NCBI GenBank assembly: GCA_963719505.1
Contig: CAVRCF010000005.1
Coordinates: forward strand, 64,001 to 128,000
Source of the DNA: Halobacteriovoraceae bacterium
Lineage (GTDB): Bacteria; Bdellovibrionota; Bacteriovoracia; Bacteriovoracales; Bacteriovoracaceae
Direction: 5' to 3'
DNA: 64,000 nucleotides
In this document: piece by piece, positions 57,780 to 64,000 of the stretch
Layout: each line of letters starts with the position of its first letter
How positions within the stretch are numbered: the first letter of the stretch is position 1
Made by a program: the position numbers and the translations under genes
The notes under the pieces: model-generated
Seen by the model: only the letters and a program-made list of their open reading frames with translations
Told to the model about the DNA's origin: nothing
The model's database searches: none

Positions 57780-58406
57780 TTGAGTAGAACTATTGATTAC
57801 TATAACTATTTGACTAGGACCGATCACCCCGTCTTCAAAAAACAGGTGATGGATAATCCAAATCCATCTTCTTTCAATTCTGCTTTAAATTTTATGATCG
57901 CTGTTGAGCTCGCAAAAGCAAAAGAAGCTATCCAAAACCTCCACATTAATCAATTTCCACATACTACCAATGAAAGCGGCATTGATGGATGGGAGTCAAA
58001 TTTCTTTGATTTCACAAAGCCAAGTAAACCTATCAACGAAAGGGTTGCTGAGCTTCTAATTTGGATTAATTCAGACATAAGGATGAGTTTACCCGATGTT
58101 ATAGATGCATCTTTGGCAACTGTTGGTAAAGAGCCACTTGTTATTGTTTCAGCAAGTGAAGGTAGTTTTGTTTTGGATGAGGCCATACTTGGTGAAAGCA
58201 CTATTTTAGATGCCGAAGACAGTCCACAGTCGCGAGATACTTATATTGTGAGATTTTCTGAAAACGTATCTACCATATCTCTAGATTTACTCGACAAAAG
58301 ATTAACTGCGATTGAAAAAGCTGGAAGTAAGCATATTATTTCATCACCTCCTATTCAGTGGGTTGTGGATGAGTCAGCTATAGATCAAGACACGATATTG
58401 AGGTAA
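57780..58406 (+). CDS. Baseplate wedge (Mu gp48-like)
   Basis: FPHTTNESGIDGWE; position. Confidence 0.75.
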   Translation: MSRTIDYYNYLTRTDHPVFKKQVMDNPNPSSFNSALNFMIAVELAKAKEAIQNLHINQFPHTTNESGIDGWESNFFDFTKPSKPINERVAELLIWINSDIRMSLPDVIDASLATVGKEPLVIVSASEGSFVLDEAILGESTILDAEDSPQSRDTYIVRFSENVSTISLDLLDKRLTAIEKAGSKHIISSPPIQWVVDESAIDQDTILR

Positions 58407-58410
58407 TTAA

Positions 58411-59283
58411 ATGTTTAAGTTAGGAAAGATTAATTGGCTTGGGTTGCCTAGTTTTGTAGTGAAGAGGCAAGATCTTGACGAGTTTCAGGAGTACATGTTG
58501 GAGCAGTTTCGCTCTTTTTATTTTTCAAATTATAATCACGGTATTTTTGGCCAGAAATATGTCGAGTTAAATTCTGGTTTTCAATTTACTTATCCGGAGG
58601 CAATTTGTCTTTTTGATGATGGAAATGTTGGTTCGCTTGAGGCGGGTAGCTTTTCGCTTGATGCGGCCGATCCTGACAATCCAAGAGTTGACTTGGTTCA
58701 AGTAGTTTTTTCTGAGGTTGTAGATAGAACAGGTTTTAGTACATCAAACCAAGAAGTTGATGTTACTAAAGATTTTATTGCAACGGTTGAGATAAAAAAA
58801 GGTGTTGCGGCACCTGTTCCCACGTCTCCAAACCCTGATTCTGGAGCAATTTCTTTTTGTAGAATTAATGTCCCAGCTGGATCAATAGCTCTTTCTGTTT
58901 CTAATATGGATCATTCTTCTTCTTCGAGAGATCAAGCTGGCGTTAAGAAGGATAAAAGATCTTATCTCATTGAGAATGGTGCCACTGGGCAAAGATTGAA
59001 AAATCTAGACTTCGACAGTAACTCCTCAAGGATGTTTAAAGCAGATGTTCATATTTTTAGAAAGACTGATGATAATTTTAAGCAAGCCTTTGGTGTTTTA
59101 GTTGGAATTTTCAATGAAGACTCAGGTGTGTGGGATTGTTTTCCTGAGCTTACTAGCAACGACATTGGTGTCGATTTTAGTGTTGATGCAGATGGTTTTG
59201 TCGTTCTAAATAGCTCCACTGTCTCGGGTGCCAATTATGAGTCGGGCATTACGTTTACCAATTTAGATTTAACGAGGAAATAA
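58411..59283 (+). CDS. Tail fibre attachment/proximal fibre protein
   Basis: ADPDNPRVDLV, KKGVAAPVPTSP motifs; position after the wedge genes. Confidence 0.75.
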   Translation: MFKLGKINWLGLPSFVVKRQDLDEFQEYMLEQFRSFYFSNYNHGIFGQKYVELNSGFQFTYPEAICLFDDGNVGSLEAGSFSLDAADPDNPRVDLVQVVFSEVVDRTGFSTSNQEVDVTKDFIATVEIKKGVAAPVPTSPNPDSGAISFCRINVPAGSIALSVSNMDHSSSSRDQAGVKKDKRSYLIENGATGQRLKNLDFDSNSSRMFKADVHIFRKTDDNFKQAFGVLVGIFNEDSGVWDCFPELTSNDIGVDFSVDADGFVVLNSSTVSGANYESGITFTNLDLTRK

Positions 59284-61136
59284 TGAAAAAAATTTTATTT
59301 TTACTTTTAATCTCTAGCTCTGTTTATTCTCAATATTTGAAGACTGAGCCTAGTGATGGTTATGTTCTTGGAAGGTCGGGTGCGTCTTCTGTTGATCCTT
59401 TTATTCAGTTTTTTGGAACCTCGATTAAAATTGAGGCAGATCGAGCCAATGGCTCCTTGTTGCTTAGAGCTCCTTTGGTTAAAGTTGGTGATGGTTCTGA
59501 TGGAACCCTTATGCTTTCTGATACTGTTGGTTTGAGGGCAAATTCTGTTAGTGGGAGGCTTGAGCAAACAACTGACTCCGGATCTAGTTTTACTCAAATT
59601 AGTGGAGCTGGCGGTGGTGGCGGCGGTGAGAATTATAACAACGCTTTTTCCGTAGACCAAAATGAAAACGCTGAAGATGGGACGACAGGCTGGGTTTCTT
59701 CTGGAGGGGTTTTTGATGTTGATGAAGTTGACCCGCTTGAAGGTGAGAAGTCTTTTGTTTGGACCCCAAGTGCACAGGGTGACACTTTAAAAAGTCCTAT
59801 TTTAGACTTTGACAGAGATATTTTTAAGGGAACATCTTGCCAAGTAAATACGACATATATCGGTGGTGATGAGAATTTATCTTGGTCACTTGTTGATGGT
59901 AATGATGATGTGCTTGCTGGGTTTAGAAATTCAAATACAACACCAAAAAATCAAAACAAACTGCCAGCTCATGGGATATCATCAAGTGAATCAATATTTT
60001 TCTTGTGTCCATCACAAGCAGATATTACAGGCGATGCAGAAAAAGGAAATCTTTACATATTATTTGAAAACACAGGGGTCACAGCAGCTCCATTAATTAA
60101 GTTTGATAAAAATTATGCAGGGACTTTAATTGGTTTAGCTGAGACGACTTTGCCAGACTCCCTTAGTGCTAAGTTAGATGATTCAGCAACTGTATTGTCA
60201 CAGAGTACAACGTGGATTAATTCAACCTCTATTCCCAGCACTGGTAATAAAACAGTTAATTACAGCGGATTAGGGCTTTCTGTTATCCCTAAAATCACCG
60301 TTACAGCCGTTTCACCTTGCACAACTTCTTTTTTAAATACTGTTTCGGTTACGGAGTTTAGTTTTGGAACCAGAAACGGTAGTAATGCGCAGACTGATTG
60401 CTCTGCTGAGATATCATTAGAGAAGCAAGGCGCAGACGCAAAGCAATCAGTTCAAACTTATAAGCCTATTCCTAAAATAAATGAGTATAAAAACAGCTTT
60501 AATGCTTATGTATCATCTGGGAATCTCATAAGCAGAGAGAGTGGAGATTGGATTGATGGAAACTGTACAGCACCAAGTGGAACTCTTCAAAGATGTAATT
60601 TTATCTCTGAGATATTTTCATCACCGCCGAATTGTACTGCAACTTTAAATGCTGGCAGTTATTCTGGTAAAGTTTCTATAGTGGAAATAACTGGTACTTA
60701 TATTACTTTTCAAGCCTATGATGGGGCTGGAACTGAATCTCCAAGAAATTTCTCTTTTACTTGTAATAGGTCAATAGACGAAAAACTTGTGACAGTCAAT
60801 CCAATATTAGTTGGACAGGTTGAAAACAGTTATGCCTCTAGCGGTAAGCAAATTCGAGTTGAGAGTTGTAGAGTAAATAATAATGGAACAGCAACAGCGG
60901 TGGGGAGTCTTTGTGGCACTTGGGTTGATGGCTTGTCTGTGACTTCGGCTGGAAACGTTAATATAAACGTAAAGTCTGGAATTTTTTCAGAAAACCCAAA
61001 TTGTAGCGGAACGGCTTTTGATAGAAATCTTTCATTTTTTACGGTTAGTAATTCATTGATTCAAACTGTGACAAAGAGTTCTGCTGATGCATCTATTAAC
61101 GCAGCCTTTTTTATTAATTGCGTAGGAGTTAAATAA
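59283..61136 (+). CDS. Putative tail fibre/receptor-binding protein with N-terminal signal peptide
   Basis: Position; poly-Gly hinge; carbohydrate-binding-like domain; three repeated C-terminal beta domains; 12 Cys. Confidence 0.75.
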   Translation: MKKILFLLLISSSVYSQYLKTEPSDGYVLGRSGASSVDPFIQFFGTSIKIEADRANGSLLLRAPLVKVGDGSDGTLMLSDTVGLRANSVSGRLEQTTDSGSSFTQISGAGGGGGGENYNNAFSVDQNENAEDGTTGWVSSGGVFDVDEVDPLEGEKSFVWTPSAQGDTLKSPILDFDRDIFKGTSCQVNTTYIGGDENLSWSLVDGNDDVLAGFRNSNTTPKNQNKLPAHGISSSESIFFLCPSQADITGDAEKGNLYILFENTGVTAAPLIKFDKNYAGTLIGLAETTLPDSLSAKLDDSATVLSQSTTWINSTSIPSTGNKTVNYSGLGLSVIPKITVTAVSPCTTSFLNTVSVTEFSFGTRNGSNAQTDCSAEISLEKQGADAKQSVQTYKPIPKINEYKNSFNAYVSSGNLISRESGDWIDGNCTAPSGTLQRCNFISEIFSSPPNCTATLNAGSYSGKVSIVEITGTYITFQAYDGAGTESPRNFSFTCNRSIDEKLVTVNPILVGQVENSYASSGKQIRVESCRVNNNGTATAVGSLCGTWVDGLSVTSAGNVNINVKSGIFSENPNCSGTAFDRNLSFFTVSNSLIQTVTKSSADASINAAFFINCVGVK

Positions 61137-61654
61137 TGAAATTTTTAATATTACTTTTAATAAGTTTTTCGGCATTTGCCAATTACATTCCAAAATCAAA
61201 GGTTGGAATTAAATCAAATTTAACAGTTTATTTGAATAAAGCTAAATGCGAAAAGAAAGAAAATGAATCTTGTATCAAAATAGATTCAACTTATAACTCT
61301 AATTATTCTGAATTAAGAGAGTTTACAGAGGTAGAAGGCGAATCAATTTCTTGTCTTGGTTTTTGTGAAGAAGAAATTAAAGAGCTTAAGTGCGATGAGG
61401 GTTTTGAAAAAAGAAAAGGTTTGGTTTCTGTTTATTGTTACAAAGCTATTCAAGAAAAAATAGTTATTAATGGTGCTAAAAAGATCCAGTATGATGCTGA
61501 CATTGCAAAAGCCAAGATGGATAAAGAAGAAAGAAAGGATGCGATAAAGTCCTTAAAGCAATCGGCTGTTTCAAAAGAGTGGAATGATCTAAGTGTTGTT
61601 GAGAGAAAGATTTTAATGGGGCTAGAGGTTTCAGATAGCGATCTCGGACTGTAG
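61136..61654 (+). CDS. Cys-rich protein with signal peptide, in tail-fibre chaperone position
   Basis: MKFLILLLISFSAFA-N; 6 Cys; coupled to the fibre gene. Confidence 0.7.
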   Translation: MKFLILLLISFSAFANYIPKSKVGIKSNLTVYLNKAKCEKKENESCIKIDSTYNSNYSELREFTEVEGESISCLGFCEEEIKELKCDEGFEKRKGLVSVYCYKAIQEKIVINGAKKIQYDADIAKAKMDKEERKDAIKSLKQSAVSKEWNDLSVVERKILMGLEVSDSDLGL

Positions 61655-61657
61655 ACT

Positions 61658-62323
61658 TTGGACACAAGAGAAGTTAGTAGTCCAAATATTGAAAAGAGAG
61701 TTGAGACCCTTGAGAGAAGTCACGCTGAGATATTTGAGTCTCAAAAAAAGCTTCAGGAGTCACAAGAAAGTCTTCATAAGTCTCAACAAGAAACCTTCTC
61801 AATGGTCCAAGGTTTAACTACAAACCTTCAGGGTTGGGATGTAAAACATGGAGCCACAGAAAAAGCAATTTATAAGCTATCTATAAATGTCGAAAATATG
61901 CAAGGCAATTTCATAAATCTAAAAAAAGAGCAAGCGGAATCTCAAGACAAATTTCAAGTTGAGCAAAAGTCTTCGCAAGACAAATTTCAAGCAAGTATTG
62001 AGAAGCAATTAAAAGCTATGGCCAAAAGAGATTGGGCTACCTTGTTAACATTATTTATTATTGTTTGCGGTGGTGGCGTGGCTTTTGTTGACTATAGGTT
62101 TGATCCAGTTATTAGAGACGGCATAGCAAAGGATTCTACTGATAGAAGACAATATAATCTCTTCAACCAAAACACTGAAAAGCTTAACGCTCTCAACACT
62201 GAAGTGGCAACTGCTAGGGCTATTGTTGGTGAATCAAAAGAGAGAATAAACAAATTGGACAACGACAACACTGTTCTCAGAGAAAAAATTATTAGATTAG
62301 AAATAGAAAAAGAAAAGAAGTAG
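61658..62323 (+). CDS. Coiled-coil protein with one internal TM helix (holin/antiholin candidate)
   Basis: Heptad-rich, WATLLTLFIIVCGGGVAFV; precedes the endolysin. Confidence 0.6.
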   Translation: MDTREVSSPNIEKRVETLERSHAEIFESQKKLQESQESLHKSQQETFSMVQGLTTNLQGWDVKHGATEKAIYKLSINVENMQGNFINLKKEQAESQDKFQVEQKSSQDKFQASIEKQLKAMAKRDWATLLTLFIIVCGGGVAFVDYRFDPVIRDGIAKDSTDRRQYNLFNQNTEKLNALNTEVATARAIVGESKERINKLDNDNTVLREKIIRLEIEKEKK

Positions 62324-62327
62324 TATC

Positions 62328-62741
62328 ATGGACAATTTCTCGATTAAAAAAATGATCATATTTAGAAAAGGCACTTCAGCCAAAATTAGTGAAAACTTCA
62401 ATATTAATGAGTTTCATTGTAGTTGTAACTATAAGGCTTGTTTTTCAACTCAGTTGTCAGAAGATTTCTGTGTGGCCGCTCAGTCATCTAGGGTTGAGTT
62501 TGGTAAGAGAATTATTGTTAATTGTGGGAATAGATGTCAGTTAAGGAATAAGGATCTTGATGAGGAGCTTGGAGGTGGAAAGGTTTCAGAAACTTCTTCT
62601 CATCTCTTTGGTGATGCAGCTGACTTCACTTGCGAAAACCTAGAAGATCTCGATGAACTGGAGAGGGTGCTTAGAAAGCACTTTAGATTTGTAAAAAGAT
62701 ACAAAACTCACGTTCATGCCGATACACGGCTACTAAAATAG
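62328..62741 (+). CDS. Endolysin, peptidase M15 family
   Basis: SENFNINEFHCSC, SSHLFGDAADF, HVHADTR. Confidence 0.9.
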   Translation: MDNFSIKKMIIFRKGTSAKISENFNINEFHCSCNYKACFSTQLSEDFCVAAQSSRVEFGKRIIVNCGNRCQLRNKDLDEELGGGKVSETSSHLFGDAADFTCENLEDLDELERVLRKHFRFVKRYKTHVHADTRLLK

Positions 62742-62750
62742 GAGATTAAT

Positions 62751-63020
62751 ATGAATAAGTTCAAGTTTCAATTTAAAGGAACATCAGCAGAAGTGGCATA
62801 CGATGGAAATTCTGATGGTGAAGACTCACTAGCTCTTAAACTTCAGTTGGGTGAGGTTTATCAAGAGTTAATGGCTAAAGGTGAGGCAAAGGTTGATGCT
62901 GTGGTTAGTTTTAAGAGAAATGGTGGAAAGATCCAAATTTCTGTTGATACAGATAAAGATGGTGAAGCAGCTCTAACTCTAGACGCTGACATCCTTGAGG
63001 GAATCGAAGAATCTTTTTAA
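62751..63020 (+). CDS. Small acidic protein with two DxDxDG-like motifs
   Basis: YDGNSDGE and VDTDKDGE; AGGAG RBS. Confidence 0.75.
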   Translation: MNKFKFQFKGTSAEVAYDGNSDGEDSLALKLQLGEVYQELMAKGEAKVDAVVSFKRNGGKIQISVDTDKDGEAALTLDADILEGIEESF

Positions 63021-63031
63021 TAGGTGACTAA

Positions 63032-63148
63032 GTGAATAAGTGGCTCAGCATTACGAAGAACATATTGATGCTTGGGCCACTTATACCAATTTTTTTTAAG
63101 TCTTTGAAAGTTGCGTGGCACACGATTAAGGATTGGAATAAGAAGTGA
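63032..63148 (+). CDS. Possible 38-aa membrane peptide (holin candidate; not in ORF track)
   Basis: GTG after AGGTG; 4-bp overlap with the next gene. Confidence 0.5.
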   Translation: MNKWLSITKNILMLGPLIPIFFKSLKVAWHTIKDWNKK

Positions 63149-63384
63149 AGTTTTTAATTATAGGATTGATACTTATGGGAACGGCTCTGGTTGTTATGAA
63201 TTTGGCTATTGAGGCACTTAAGAAAGTGCCTGATTTTGATGAGAAAAAGTTAAGGGAGCTGGAGAGAGCTCGTGATGCTTTGGCTTTTGCGATAACTCAA
63301 GAAGATTCAGACTTACTTCTTTACTCAAAGAATAGAGTTGAGAATTTATCCTCAACATATTCAGACATACTTAAGGCGGCTTAA
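63145..63384 (+). CDS. Putative i-spanin
   Basis: N-terminal TM plus helical domain, after the endolysin. Confidence 0.65.
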   Translation: MKFLIIGLILMGTALVVMNLAIEALKKVPDFDEKKLRELERARDALAFAITQEDSDLLLYSKNRVENLSSTYSDILKAA

Positions 63385-63668
63385 TGATAAGGTTATTTGT
63401 AGTGGTTTTTGCTCTGTCGGCTTCGATAATTGCTTGTTCTATGGGTGGGAGACCTGTGATCGATAGATCTTTGTTTAAGAGCCTTTTTTATCTTGATGAC
63501 AAAACAGGTGTGGCCTACAAGAAAGAGTGTCCTAGCAAGAGAGATTCAAGGGGTAGATGTAAAAGCGAGTTAGTTAAAAAGCCAATTGATCTGTGTGAGG
63601 ATAAGACCTTTAGATCTCTAGTTAGGGAGAGGTATATTTTGGTGAAAGAAAGTGATTTTTTAAACTAG
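63384..63668 (+). CDS. Putative o-spanin lipoprotein
   Basis: SASIIAC lipobox; coupled to the i-spanin candidate. Confidence 0.65.
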   Translation: MIRLFVVVFALSASIIACSMGGRPVIDRSLFKSLFYLDDKTGVAYKKECPSKRDSRGRCKSELVKKPIDLCEDKTFRSLVRERYILVKESDFLN

Positions 63669-63769
63669 CTAAGTGCTTAATTTATTTAGACGCAATGTAG
63701 TAAGTCACCTAATTTGTTACAATGTAGTCACATTTTGTATATACAAACCGATAAATATGTTAGAATCTA

Positions 63770-63816
63770 AAAAGGAAGGGCGTAAACCCGTCAACACGTT
63801 GACGAGCAATACCCTT
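63770..63816 (-). terminator. Long hairpin/terminator downstream of the small toxin-like ORF
   Basis: Minus strand AAGGG...CGTCAACGTGTTGACG...CCCTT followed by CCTTTTT. Confidence 0.65.
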
Positions 63817-63823
63817 TGATTTA

Positions 63824-63907
63824 CTAAAGATTTGCTAAGAATTCGATGACAGCTGCAACTATCTCGACCACAATTTTAGCGATCTTTAAACCTTTCAGAA
63901 TACTCAT
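63824..63907 (-). CDS. 27-aa amphipathic peptide, type I toxin-like (not in ORF track)
   Basis: MSILKGLKIAKIVVEIVAAVIEFLANL; AAAGGAG RBS; double stop TAG TAA. Confidence 0.65.
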   Translation of the reverse strand: MSILKGLKIAKIVVEIVAAVIEFLANL

Positions 63908-64000
63908 AAGAACATTCTCCTTTGTTATGGGCGTTTTTACCCAAATAAAAACGCCTGTTAATCTCTGACCATTTGGGAGTCTCTCCCTAGCTTTTCAGCT

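Larger units (their letters stand above)
21578..64000. mobile_element. Temperate prophage with contractile tail (Mu-like structural genes, tyrosine integrase); continues past the window end
   Basis: att, integrase, early, replication, switch, terminase, portal, capsid, sheath, baseplate and lysis genes with no obvious disruptions. Confidence 0.95.

Noticed and set aside
42115-58406. Transposable Mu-type phage
   Set aside because: Structural genes are Mu-like, but there is no MuA/MuB; it uses a tyrosine integrase and a tRNA att site.
49277-61654. Tail cluster as a tailocin, eCIS or T6SS delivering the RHS tips
   Set aside because: Terminase, portal, capsid, integrase and replication genes are all present, so it is a prophage. 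The RHS cassettes lie outside its att boundary.
470-61667. Numerous 60-180 aa ORFs antisense to or nested in long genes (e.g. 10158-10595, 20985-21350, 53657-54208)
   Set aside because: These are shadow frames with no RBS or motifs, mostly overlapping well-supported genes or IS sequence.
59283-64000. Diversity-generating retroelement or invertible fibre shufflon
   Set aside because: No reverse transcriptase, invertase or template/variable repeat pair is visible in the window.
21756-64000. Stop-codon reassignment in the prophage
   Set aside because: Genes tile densely under the standard code and end in TAA, TAG and TGA; apparent gaps are filled by short intact ORFs.

Overview
The window has three parts. 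(1) 1-14.56 kb is host chromosome: a bacteriophytochrome plus heme oxygenase pair, a Zn alcohol dehydrogenase, a bifunctional glutathionylspermidine synthetase/amidase, and a Crp/Fnr regulator divergent from an SDR-BASS-epimerase-aminotransferase-FMO operon. A Bdellovibrionota/Bacteriovoracaceae-type host is my impression only and is not demonstrated. (2) 14.6-21.6 kb is an integrase-less island bounded by two copies of the 3' half of a tRNA(CAT). It carries three orphan RHS C-terminal cassettes with membrane-protein partners, an IS3-family element and an IS1380-family element. (3) 21.6 kb to the window end is an apparently near-complete temperate myovirus prophage: tyrosine integrase, an array of small early genes, SSB, replication, YqaJ/ERF recombination, a cro/cI switch, two sigma-like genes, terminase, Mu-like head/tail/baseplate genes and a lysis cassette. 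Its far att site is outside the window. The most unusual observation is that three tail-tip module proteins, including the putative tail fibre, begin with classical Sec-type signal peptides and have even Cys counts, suggesting export and disulfide folding of virion parts. Other highlights: very short RHS tips that all end in S-C-x(2-3)-R, repeat-bounded early gene cassettes, FliA-like sigma and CsrA-like phage genes, and an unannotated 27-aa type I toxin-like locus. All calls come from reading motifs and synteny by eye; no database searches were run.
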